A stretch of 63,635 nt of DNA, the filler included, from Octopus bimaculoides (lineage: Eukaryota), in the NCBI RefSeq assembly GCF_001194135.2. It is 6 parts of 5 records of this genome, joined end to end, with 100 filler letters (N's around TTAATTAATTAA, not from the genome) between each part and the next. Parts side by side here need not be neighbours in the genome. Positions count along the whole stretch, not along the records: positions 13,122 to 34,186 come from NC_069005.1; 5 more parts are not named here. One strand, 5' to 3'. Position numbers and translations under genes: made by a program. This document shows positions 14,380-27,647 of the stretch, in pieces; positions within the stretch are counted from its first letter, which is position 1, and the number at the start of each line of letters is the position of its first letter. The notes beneath the pieces were generated by a model. The model had not been told where the DNA came from, made no database searches, and was given only the letters and a program-made list of their open reading frames with translations.

Positions 14380-16793
14380 GCATATACATGTATGATGGGC
14401 TTCTTTCAGTTTCCGTCTACCAAATCCATTCACAAGGCTTTGTTCGGCCCGAGGCTATAGTAGAAGACACTTGCCTAAGGTGCCATTCAGTGGGACTGAA
14501 CTCAGAACCATGTGGTTCGTAAGCAAGCTACTTACCACACTGCCACTCCTATGCCGATTGTGTATCAGAAGGCTTAATCATTTTGCTGATATTACTGTGC
14601 CTTAGCTCTGATTGGCTGGTTGCCATAGCACTACTGTGCAACTATGGGGTATTGAGCCAGCTTATCTGGCTCACCACGAACTCTTGTCAGAGGATGGAAT
14701 ATCTATTAACGTTTGTTCTCTTCCCAGATACTGGAATCAGTGGTGCACCGGTTGACATGTCGAAAGTTGCTCTACAGAGTCACTGCTCAAACTGTGTCCA
14801 AGTTTACCGTACTCAAGGCTCGTGATGCTTTTAGACAGAAACCTCCTCAAAACCTCTCGGTAAGCCTTCTATTCTTTATACGTATGGACCTTATTTTAGA
14901 CATACATGTCTGTCTGTTAGTCTGTCTATATAAATATAAATGTATCTCTGAACGTTTATATCAGGTTGAATAAAAAGTAAGCAACGTTTTGAACCATGAA
15001 GAATTTGTACTGGTTTTTTGCTGAGTTTTGAATTTTTTTTAAGCATCTTTTTGCAGTTGTCTGATAATACAGACAAAGACTTGCCCACATGTATCAATAA
15101 ATGAACATTGATATTTTTTTCACCGTTGTTATAATCATCTGAAATGGAACTGTCAAAGCGCGGTATTTGGACAATTTTGCTATTCAACTTCAAAAAAGGA
15201 TGTAAAGCAGCTGAAACTGCTCACAATACCAACTAAACGTTTGGTAAGGAAATGACCAGTGAGTGGTCAGCTCGAAAATGGTTTAAACTATTTTGCAGTG
15301 GAGACCTGGGCCTTGAAGATCGTGAGCGCAGTGGACGCCCACCTTTCATCGATGACGGTCAATTAAAGACTGTCATTGAGAAAGATCCATGTAAAACCAC
15401 TCGAGAGCTGGCAAAAGAACTTCAAGTTGGTTAGAAAACCGCTTGCAGCCATTTGCATGCGATCAGAAAATAAAAAAATGCTCGACAAATGGGTACCACA
15501 CAATTTGAATGAAAATCAGAAAATGCACAGATATGGAATTTGCTCATCGCTCCTTCTCTGTAACCAGACCAATTCATTTCTCGACCGTATTGTAACTTGC
15601 AATAAAAAGTGGATTCTGTACAATAATTTGTATAAGTATTAATGTATATATATATATTTGTACATGTTCGAATGTTAACTCAAAACAAAACTAAAGGGAC
15701 ATAACTAGGACACTGCAAACTGATTTTGTTTGATATTTTACCAATTCTGTTATCCATTCTTCTAATCGTAATAACAATAAGTTCTACCAGTGGAGGTGAT
15801 CTTGTGTCAGATGATGAAAGGTTAGATTGTGACAGAGAGGCAGAAGCAGATGTCTTGCTGTAGAGGAGGCCCATGGTTACCCAACCAGAGAGAGGGAAAG
15901 AGATAGAGAGAGAGAGAGAAAGAGAGAGAAAAAGAGCGAAAGTTAGCAAGAATGAAGGCAGAAAGAGTTACCTAGAGAGAGAGGAAGTGGGAGTTAACTG
16001 CTTCTGCTCTCATTCTTGTTAAGCATGTAACTGAAAACTGCAAGGCATTTTATGGTGTGTTGTCGTCTCTTCTGTTTGCAGCCCAGCATAATGGGGAGTA
16101 TCGAGGGAGACTTTGGTCTGTTAATAAGTCTCTGCCATGGCCACGAGTTGCTACAGCTCCACGGTCTACGTTCGTTCTACCAATATATAACCAATATGAT
16201 GGACAACAGCAGTGGCCGGTCACGACAGGAACTTTTCAAGAATCCAGCATTTATTGAGATTTATGAACAACTTCAGAAAGAATATGGAGGACAGTGAGAT
16301 TTCCTTTTTTTATAGTTCTTCTTTATACATGTCGTGCTTTCATGGTTTTTATTTTCGCTATACGCATACACACATATGCATGCACATACATCATGCACTC
16401 AAGCCCAAGCACACACATGTCCTACACATACACATATGCTTCCCAACCATGCAGCCTTGGGTTCAGTCCCACTGCACAGCACCTTGGGCCTGTGTCTTCT
16501 GCTATAGCCCCCAGAGCCAACGAAAGCCTTGTGTGTGGATTTAGTACTCAGAAACAGAAAATTGTTTGTTGTATATAATGTGAGTGTGTGTGTGTATGTA
16601 TCGTAGGGCATCCAGCTGTAGAAACTTTGCCAGATTCAGATTGGAGCCTGGTGTAGCCATCTGGCTCACCAGTCCTCAGTCAAACTGTCCGACCCATGCC
16701 AGCATGGAAAGCGGACGTTAAATGATGATGATGATGAGGATGATATACGTATGCATGTATGTGTGTATGTATGTAGGTAGGTAGTTGCAGGCG

Positions 16794-16833
<40 letters not shown>

Positions 16834-19175
16834 ACCATCGTTGTTTAACGTCCCCTTTCCAAGCTGGCATGGGTTGGACGGTTTGACTGAGGACTGGTGA
16901 GCCAGATGGCTGCACCAGGCTCCAGTCTGATCTGGCAGAGTTTCTACAGCTGGATGCCCTTCCTAATGCCAACCACTCCGAGAGTGTAGTGGGTGCTTTT
17001 ACTTACCATCGGCATGAGGGCCAGTTACACGGTATTGGCAACAACCACGCTCAAAAGGTGTTTTTACGTGCTACCTGCATGGGAGCCAGTCCAGTGGCAC
17101 TGGCAACAACCACACAGTGGGACTGAACCTGGAGCCATGTGGTTGGTACGCAGGCTTCGTACCACACAGCCACACCTATGTCTACATAGATGAATCAAGG
17201 CCGCAGTATGGCCGCAGTCTAAAGTCTGAAACAATTGAAAGATAGAAGAAAAGAAAAAAGATGTATGTGTGTGTGTGTGTGTGTATGCTTTTGATGTTAT
17301 GTGATTATTGTAAGCATCATTATTACACAAGTGGGGCTCATTTTTTCTGTCTCCCACGAAAAGCTGTTTCAGCTTTGGGCAAATGTTACCTTGCTTGGAA
17401 ACAGGTGATAATTAGCGACTGGAAGGGCTTTGAAAAGTAGACATTAAGACGATGACGACAACAATGATGATGATGACGACAATGATGGTGGCAGTGGCTG
17501 CTGCTACTGCTGCCCTGGTTGTGGCTACGACTTTATCCATCTCTGCCTTTACCGAAGTTCCCCTCTGGTGCCTCCATTCGGACCAGATTCTCCGTTCCTT
17601 CCTCCTCCCTCCACACATTCCCAGATGTTGATTAGTCTGAAGACTTGTTCTAAACGAGTGACTATGTTTGTTGACTGTTTCTTCTTTCTCCGCCGCAGGA
17701 ACATCTCTTTTACCCAAATGTCGACGCAGGAGAAGACTGTTCCCTATGTCCTTGGTCATCCCAAACTAGAAAAGTTGTTGGAAATTGTGGTCAGTCATTT
17801 CAAGAATTTCCAAAAAGGTACAAAAAAAATGATTAGAATTTAAAATTTCTTTTCACATTATCTTTTACAGTGTGTGTGTGTGTGTACATGTGTCTCTCTC
17901 TCTCCCTCTCACTTCCACTCTCTCTCTCCCACTTCCACTCTCTCTCCCACTTTCACTGTTTCTCACTTCCACTCTCTCTCTCTTTCTCTCACTTTTACTC
18001 TCTCTTTCTCACTTCTCTCTCTCTCTCTCTCTCTCTTCCACTCTCACTTCCACTCTCACTTCCACCCTTTCCCACTTCCACCCTCTCCCACTTCCACCGC
18101 CTCCCACTTCCACTCTCCCACTTCCTCCCTCTCCCACTTCCTCCCTCTCCCACTTCCACCCTCTCCCACTTCCACTCTCCCACTTTCACTCTGTCTCTGA
18201 CTTCCTCTCTCTCTCTCTCACTTCTACTCTCTATTTCTCACTGCCACTCTTGCTTTCACTTCCACTCTCTCTCTCTCTCTACACCGTTTCACTTTCTCTG
18301 CCACTCTCTCCAATTCTTACTCTCTCTCTCTCTTGTCTCCCCCTCTTGCTAACTCTCATGGTACCCCTCTCTAACACATTCTTTCCTATCTACTAACTCT
18401 CACTCACTCTCTCCCTCTCACTGCCACTCTTTCCTCTCTCCCTTTACCTTTCACTCTCTCCTCTAATTCTCACTCTTTCCTATCTATCAACTCTCAAACT
18501 CTCACTCTTCTATCCCCTACTCCTCACTCACAGCCACTCTCTCTCTCTCAAACTCTCACGCTCTCAATCTCTCACTCTTCTATCCCCTACTCCTCACTCA
18601 TACTCCCACTAACTCTCACTCACAGCCACTCTCTCTCTCTCAAACTCTCACTCTTCTATCCCCTACTCCTCACTCATACTCCCACTAACTCTCACTCACA
18701 GCCACTCTCANNNNNNNNNNNNNNNNNNNNNNNNNNNNNNNNNNNNNNNNNNNNNNNNNNNNNNNNNNNNNNNNNNNNNNNNNNNNNNNNNNNNNNNNNN
18801 NNNNNNNNNNNNNNNNNNNNNNNNNNNNNNNNNNNNNNNNNNTCTCTCACTCTTCTATCCCCTACTCCTCACTCATACTCCCACTAACTCTCACTCACAG
18901 CCACTCTCAAACTCTCACTCTTCTATCCCTTACTCCTCACTCATACTCCCACTAACTCTCACTCACAGCCACTCTCACTCTCCTATCCCCTACTCCTCAC
19001 TCATACTCCCACTAACCCTCACTCACAGCCACTCTCTCTCTAACTCTCACTCTCCTATCCCCTACTCCTCACTCATACTCCCACTAACTCTCACTCACAG
19101 CCACTCTCTCTCTAACTCTCACTCTTCTATCCCCTACTCCTCACTCATACTCCCACTAACTCTCACTCACAGCCA

Positions 19176-19209
<34 letters not shown>

Positions 19210-19216
19210 TTCTCTC

Positions 19217-19294
<78 letters not shown>

Positions 19295-21717
19295 GTTGCC
19301 TCTTCTTCAGAGAATGGTAACCTGGAGACCCGTGTTATGATTTTCTCTCAGTACCGAAACAGCGTCACTGACATTGCTGAAATGTTGAAACGAGAACGAC
19401 CCTTAATTAAAGCAATGAGTTTCATTGGTCAGTCTGTCGGTAAGAACACAAAGGGATTCACGCAAAAGGAACAAATTAAGGTAAGATAATCCTTTAAACC
19501 AGTGGTTCTCAACCGGGGTCCATATGACTGCTCTTGGGCACCCATACGGCCCTTGGGTCTCCATATGGTCCTTTAGGAGTCTATATAACATTTTGATATC
19601 TGTAATAAATTTGCTATACTTCTACAATTAACAAAATATTTTAACAATTTTTTTTAAATACAATATTTAATTATAAGAACCATCATCGTCATAATTTAGT
19701 TTCTGCTTTCCATGCTGACATGGGTCAGACAGTTTGAATGGAACTGGTAAGCCAGAGAGCTGCACCAGGTTCCAGTTTGATTTGGGATGGTTTCTACAGC
19801 TGGATGCCCTTCCTGATACCAACCACTCCATAGAGCGTAGTGGGTGCTTTTTATGTGTTACCTGCATGGGTGCTTTTACATGTCACCAGCACCGGCCACA
19901 ACTACGATTTCATCTGGCTTCACGAGTCTTCTCAAGCGCACAGCAAATCACTAAAGGTCATGGTCATTTGTCATTGCCTCCGTGTGTCCCAGCATTCGAA
20001 GATCATGCTTCACCACCTCGTCCTGGGTCTACCTCTTCCACACATTCTCTCCGCAGTTAGTGATCGGCACTTCTTTATGCAGCTGTCCTCATCCATACGC
20101 ATCGTATGGCCAGACCAGCACAGTCTTCTCCCTTGCGCATCACATCCGAAGCCTCTTATGCCCAACTTTTCTTTCAAGATGCTAACATTCTGTTATACAA
20201 ATATGATATTTTAAAATATAACATGTCTTGAATGGCACAACAATGCAGAGTAGACTATAATAACTGCTATAATTTAATTATCCATTGTTTATCCAGCACC
20301 ACTTGCAAAAATAATTTCTCAATAAAGGGTTCCTTAACGAAGCAATACATTTCTGTTCTTCATCACAGCAAAACAATTCATTCCACTGTATTAAATTTCT
20401 GTTAACGATATGTTGTTGTTGCTTTTGAAATTTAAATTTTCCGTCTTGTCACCGATGATTTTACACTTCAGGTGATGAAAGAGTTTCGAGAGGGGGGTTA
20501 TAACACCTTAATTGCGACATGTGTCGGAGAAGAAGGTCTGGACATTGGAGACGTGGACCTTATAATATGCTTCGACACATGCAAAAGCCCCGTTCGTTTT
20601 GTCCAAAGAATGGGGAGAACAGGACGGAAACGAGATGGAAAAATCATAATGCTGATCACGAAAGGCAAAGAAGAGCAAGTGAGTACCTTCATCTTTCTTA
20701 TATTTCTACCTTTTATATATAAGGGTATGTACCCTTGTTATATAAGGGTATTCTCTATTTACCCTTTACAGAAACTAGCCTTCTCTGCATATCATCGTTG
20801 TTCAATGTCTGTTTTCCATGCTGGCATGGGTTGGATGGTTTGACTAGAGCTGGCCAGTCCATGGCTGGATGTCCTTCCTAATGTCAACCACTTTACAGAG
20901 TGTACTGGGTGGGTGCTTTTTTATGCACCACTGGTATAGATGCATGCATGCAGCACTGGCATGAGTGCATATTATGTTGCACTGGCGCCTGAAAAGACAA
21001 GACTGCCAGGTCAGGAGAATTTCAGCAGAATCAGAACCAAGCAGTGATTGGGCCATAAGCAAACTTTGTTGTTGTTTGTTCCTTCTTGAGCCATGCCTGG
21101 CCCATAAGGGCCGGTTTCCCAGTTTTATTGATGTATAGGTTCCCCACCTGGATGGGACGCTGTTCCATTATAAGTAAACTTTAGTTTAGTTAAAATATGT
21201 TTGCGATGTATTTCAACTTCTAAAGGCAAATATATATCTACATATATAAGTAGCACCCATGCTGGGTAGTTAGCACTCGTGCCGGGTAACAAGCACCTGT
21301 GCTGGTGTCATGTAAAAAGCACATTTTGCGCACTGGACCTCATGGAAGCAATGACAAATGACCGAGACCTTTAGCAATATCCTGTGCTTGAGAAGAAGAT
21401 CCTTCAAGCCAAGTAAAATGATAGTCATGGCAGATACTGGTGTCATGCAAATGGCACCTGTGCCAGTGGCACGTAAAAGCAACCATTACACTCTTGGCAT
21501 TAGGAAGGGCATCCAGCTGTAGAAACCATGCCAAATCAGACTGGAGTCTGATGCAGCCCCTCAGCTTACCAGCCCTGGTGAAACCGTCCAACCCATGCCA
21601 GCATGGACAACGGATGTTAAATGATGATGATGATGTGGCAGGTTTTTTTCAGTTTCTGTCTACCAATTTCATTCACCATCTTCACGTATGTGTTTGTGTA
21701 TGTTTGTATGCATTATA

Positions 21718-21749
<32 letters not shown>

Positions 21750-23831
21750 ATATAACAGATATATTGCCATCATGTGTTATCATTTTTATCTCACCAGATG
21801 TACAAGCAAGCTCGCTATCAATGGAACAGTCTCAACAAGTCTCTCAGCAACAAATATGGGCAACTGGTCTTTTACAATCACCAACCGACCATCTTTCCAG
21901 AAGGTTTGGTACCTCGCTGTCTCAAAACCAATATTGTTGTCAAAGAATCATTCCAGAATATACACTGTCCAAAGGAGAAGAAAGTGAAGAAATCCCTGAG
22001 TGAGTATTTTTGATTATATGTAGGTGCAGGAGTGGCTCTGTGGTAAGTAGCTTGCTTACTAACCACATGGTTCTGGGTTCAGTCCCACTGCGTGGCACCT
22101 TGGGCAATAGCCTTGGGCCGACCAAAGCCTTATGAGTAGATTTAGTAGAAGGAAACTGAAAGAAGCCCATCACATATATATATATATATATATATATCAT
22201 CATCATCATCGTTTAACGTCCGCTTTCCATGCTAGCATGGGTTGGACGATTTGACTGAGGACTGGTGAAACTGGATGGCAACACCAGGCTCCAATCTGAT
22301 TTGGCAGAGTTTCTACAGCTGGATGCCCTTCCTAACGCCAACCACTCAGAGAGTGTAGTGGGTGCTTAGAAAAAATAATAAGGTTCTCAGATATCTGGAT
22401 GGTTGTAGATTTACAGATTTTTATTAATATGTCACATGTTTTTATAAATTAGTGCTTGCATCTATTCTTGTAGATTCTCCTGATTAAATCTGAGTACCTT
22501 ATTATTTTTTCTAATATATAATTCCTGTACATCACCTCTAAATCNNNNNNNNNNNNNNNNNNNNNNNNNNNNNNNNNNNNNNNNNNNNNNNNNNNNNNNN
22601 NNNNNNNNNNNNNNNNNNNNNNNNNNNNNNNNNNNNNNNNNNNNNNNNNNNNNNNNNNNNNNNNNNNNNNNNNNNNNNNNNNNNNNNNNNNNNNNNNNNN
22701 NNNNNNNNNNNNNNNNNNNNNNNTATATATATATATATATATATCTGTAATATAATATGTGACAATTATTTGGTTGTCATAGTAAAACTCCAAGTTCTGG
22801 ATGTTGGGGCGGAAACCTGCATCGGCATCTCTTCAGTTAACGAGGCAATCAAAATATGCCATGAAAATGACCTTTAAACAAAGGGAAATTATTATGTAAT
22901 TGACCGTTATTAAGACAAAAGAGCTATTAGAATGACCGTTAAATAAAGGGAAAAAAACTATCTCTCAGCCTCCATGCAATCATTTAGTCTGTACCAGGCT
23001 TGGGCAATCTTTTTCAAGAAGTGGTCTGCATGAAGCATGGTTCATCATCAGGTGGGCAACATCATCATCAATAGCAGTAGTAGTATTTGTAGTAGTTGTA
23101 ATAATAACCATAGTAGTAGTAATAGTAATGGTATTAGTTGTAGTAGTAGTTTGTAATTAGTAAGTGTTGCTATTCTTGTTTATTGCAGAGAAGCAGAAGA
23201 CAACAAGCTCCAAGAATGACAACCAAGATATATCGTTATTTACATCGCCCATTGTACCTACTGTGGACGCTTACCTTCAGGTTAGTCTGTTGTCAGAACA
23301 TCACAAAAGCAATTACAGTTCTATATTTAAGAGATGAGGAATTATGTACATTATTTACATTATTTACATTTGACATGTATGTCCACGGGCATATGGCATA
23401 GTGGTTAAGAGCGCGGGCTACTAACCCCAAGATTCCAAGTTCAATTCCAGGCAGTGACCTAAATAATAATAACATCGAAAAATACCTTAGGAATGAGAAC
23501 CCAGGTTCGAAATTTCCCCAAGATACCTGAAGAAGGCTGGAGGCTATATCAGCCAAAATGTTGTGTTAACAACAAACAAGATGATGAGGACAAATATCCC
23601 TCAAATGTAAATAATGTACAAAAGCAATCACACTACTGGGTCATACACACATACGCACACACACACACCTGTGTGTGTGTGTGTGTGTGCAACCTTGCAA
23701 TATTGTTGATGCAGTTTCATCAGGGTCTGTCCTTTTGGTCTTCTTCAAAGTGGACTGGCTGAAGTAAATTTTTGGCTGTTACTGACATTGGATCCTGTCT
23801 TTTGTGTGAACCTAAAATTTTGTTTTATCTC

Positions 23832-23865
<34 letters not shown>

Positions 23866-26800
23866 TCATTATTGTTTAACATCCACCTTTCATGCTGGCA
23901 TGGGTAGGACAGTTTGACAAGAGCCGGCCAGTGGGCCAGGCAGAAGCCTGCACCAGACTTCTGTAACTGTTTTGGCAGGATTTTTACAGCTGGATGCTCT
24001 TCCTAACACCAACCACTCAAGAGAGTGGACTGAGTGCTTTTTATTCACCTGTACCTGTTTTTCATTCATACATAGATGTGTGTGTTTGTGTGTTATTTAT
24101 ATGAAAATACCAATTCTTTCTATTCAGGCCTATAAAATATTTAATTCCAAAACCTTGTTCTCATTCAAGCCAACGACAAGTGGTGCAAGCCGGGTCCACT
24201 TGGTTAACGAGCCTGGGAGGGACCGAATGTACTCTTTACTTAGTAGTAGTAGCAGTGATGATGATGATGGTAACTGCAAGCTTCTAGATCTGAATGTCAC
24301 AAACTTCAAACGCAAAGAGAATTTGTTTGGCAAGAAAACAAAAAAGACTTCAGAGAAGGACTCCAAGACAATGGAGAAAACGAAGAAGAAAGGTAAAAAA
24401 GTTGTTGGTAAGAGTAAAAATCAGATTGAGAAGACAGCAACGGGGTCAAAGAAGAATAATAATAATAAGAAGAAAGAATCATTTTCTGGTGATGAAATAT
24501 CAAATGATGAAGCTGTTAGTAGCAGCCTTCGTTTTGGAATTGATTATTTATTGAATAAGAATAATCCTGAGTATTGTTCTGAATCTGTCTCAGATTTGTT
24601 ATTGATCGAGGAAGCAAATTCTGAGGTTTCTAAGGAAGTATTAGGTCATGCCAACCATTCTCTGCCAGACATGCCATTATCCCCCATCATTCCATCGAAT
24701 GTGCAAGCTTCATTATTGCAGATGAGCAAGGCTGAGAATTCTTTACATGGCAGTATGGTACCGGTGGCTCCTGTCTTTGAGGCTATTACTAAATTAATCG
24801 ACGATTTTCGAAACGTCCTGTCTTCACAATCACCAGATTTGGACTTAGGACACCTTACAAAGAAATGGGATAATGAATTTGAAGGGCTACTGCAAGGTGG
24901 TGTGACAGTAAAGTCTTTAAAGGTATCAGAAACGGCGGCAGAAACTCCACTTAAGGAACCATTGGCAATTTCTAAAAATGTTAGTCGTAAACGAAAACTG
25001 GAAGGTGATGATGTTGATGAAGATGTTATGACTGAGTCTGAGAGAATTGAAAATATTTCTGTTTTTGCACCAAATATATCTGAGGAAATGGCTGAGAAAA
25101 CAGTAAAATCAGACAAGCTTAAAATATCAGAGAACACCTCAAAGTCGACAGCAAAATGTCACTTGGGTACTTTAAACTTTTATGACAAAGACTTTTTCTC
25201 GGACTCAAGTCTTTTTATAGATGACGATTTTGATGATTCTGATGGAGTGGTCAAACTCTTTTCACCACAGCTGACCAATGCAACCAACACAAAAATCAGA
25301 ACAAACAACTCAAGAAACACAAGTCGACTGTCCAACACCAGCAACAGAACTAATCGTGTGGACACAAGTGGACCCTCCGATGTAATCAGCAAAATTAGTC
25401 CAAGCAATACGACCACGTCATTCAACAGGAGCAGCACAACGAGTCCAGTAGATGCAAACAACACAGGCATCACAACAGTGATAACTGGACCTGTCGACAC
25501 AAGCATCACAAATAGTCCATCTGATACAAACAGCACAAGCAACACAACTATGCCATTCAACACAAACATCACAACTAGACCATCCAACACAAGCATCACA
25601 ACTAGACCAAGTGACAAAAACAGCACAAGCAACACAACTATGCCATTCAACACAAACATCACAACTAGACCAAGTGACGAAAACAGCACAAGCAACGCAA
25701 ATGGACCATTCAACACAAGCAACACAACTATGCCGTTCGACACAAGCGTCACAACTAGACCAAGTGAAAAAAACAGTACAAGCAACGCAAATGGACCATG
25801 CAAGACAAGCAACACAAATGGACCATCCAACACAAGTATCACAACTATTTCTGCCAACACAAGCAACACAAGTGTGAAGCCGAATTGGGTGTTCAGACAT
25901 CAGGAACCAATCAACGAGCAGGTAAATGCTGGCAATAAAGTTCCCGCCAATGATAAGAAGCTTAATCCAGCTTTGAGTGTTTCAAAACCGCCAACCTCCA
26001 AGAGTTCCTTGGAATTATGCGAAGACAACGGTGCGGAATTGGTCGATGATGGAATTTATTTCGATCTGAGTGCAGATATGTTCTCTGATTTTGATGATGA
26101 TGCTGATGACCTCAGTAAGGGAAAGAATGATAACAACAACAACAAGCCAAGAACACCAAGCAGCTTCCTAAGTGATGACCAGAATAAATGTACAAGAGAA
26201 GCACCATTTTCTGGTAAAGAAACTGACCCCTCAAAAAGGGTTCCTGGAGATGGAGGAATAAACTCCACTCTGGGATGTAAGCTCTCTTCACTTATTAATT
26301 CTAGTATGACTATCAAAGATTCTTCGACAAACAAAAAAATTCCTGAAGACTCTCTCAACTTTGACCTTGAATTTGACAGTGAGGACGACAACTTGTTTAA
26401 GTCAACAGACGGCGCTGGTCAACAGAGTGATTTGGTCCTCGAAGACAATGATGTCCCTGAATTCAGTCTTGAATTTGACTTTGATGATGGCAGTCCACTA
26501 ACGGTAAATGGGTCGTGTTCTCCACAGGGAAACCAATCAAAGACAATATTTGACATCAACATCAACACTGCAAACAACAGCAAATCACAGACTGAAGAGA
26601 GGAGTCAAAGTACAAGTGGTAGTAAGACCATTCCATTCCTAAATTATTCCACTAACTCGGCACAAACTGTTGAGGCGATGGTTAGTGAAGGAAAAGAAGG
26701 AAAGAACTCTGAAGATCTGAAGCTACGCTCATTAATTGTTGCAGAGTCACCATTTCAATGCACCACTAGTAGGATCAGTATGTCACGTGGATTAAATGGA

Positions 26801-27453
26801 AATGTGACCCCACAGTCATGTGGAAAGGTGACCCCAGAGCTCTATGGAAAGGTGACCTCAGAGCTCAATGGAAAGGTGACCCCAGAGCTCTATGGAAAGG
26901 TGACCCCAGAGCTCTATGGAAAGGTGACCCCAGAGCTCTATGGAAAGGTGACCCCAGGGCCCTCTGGAAAGGTGACGCCAAAACCTCTTCAACAGCTCAA
27001 TTCTTATTCCAGTTCCTTACAAGGTGAGTTNNNNNNNNNNNNNNNNNNNNNNNNNNNNNNNNNNNNNNNNNNNNNNNNNNNNNNNNNNNNNNNNNNNNNN
27101 NNNNNNNNNNNNNNNNNNNNNNNNNNNNNNNNNNNNNNNNNNNNNNNNNNNNNNNNNNNNNNNNNNNNNNNNNNNNNNNNNNNNNNNNNNNNNNNNNNNN
27201 NNNNNNNNNNNNNNNNNNNNNNNNNATCAAACATGTAGATTAAGAAAAAAAAAAAAAATAATGGTTTCAATTTTTGGCACAAGGCCAGCAATTTCGGGGG
27301 CAGGGGGCAGGGTAACTCGATTACATTGACCCCAGTGTTCAACTGGTACTTATTTTATTGACCACAGCGACATTTGAACTCAGAACGTAAACATGGATGA
27401 AATGCCGCTAAGTATTTTGCTTGGCATGCTAACCATTCTGCCAGCTTGCAGCT

Positions 27454-27501
<48 letters not shown>

Positions 27502-27506
27502 GTAAA

Positions 27507-27555
<49 letters not shown>

Positions 27556-27616
27556 TTGTTGCTGGTGATGATGATTATCTGTTTTCAGGTTCTGTGAAAA
27601 GCTGTCCCACCACCAA

Positions 27617-27647
<31 letters not shown>

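Noticed and set aside
23972-24127. N-terminal part of the 1088-aa ORF
   Set aside because: It is RTE-tail and intron sequence read in frame; the exon starts at acceptor 24127. The X-rich C-terminus is an N gap.
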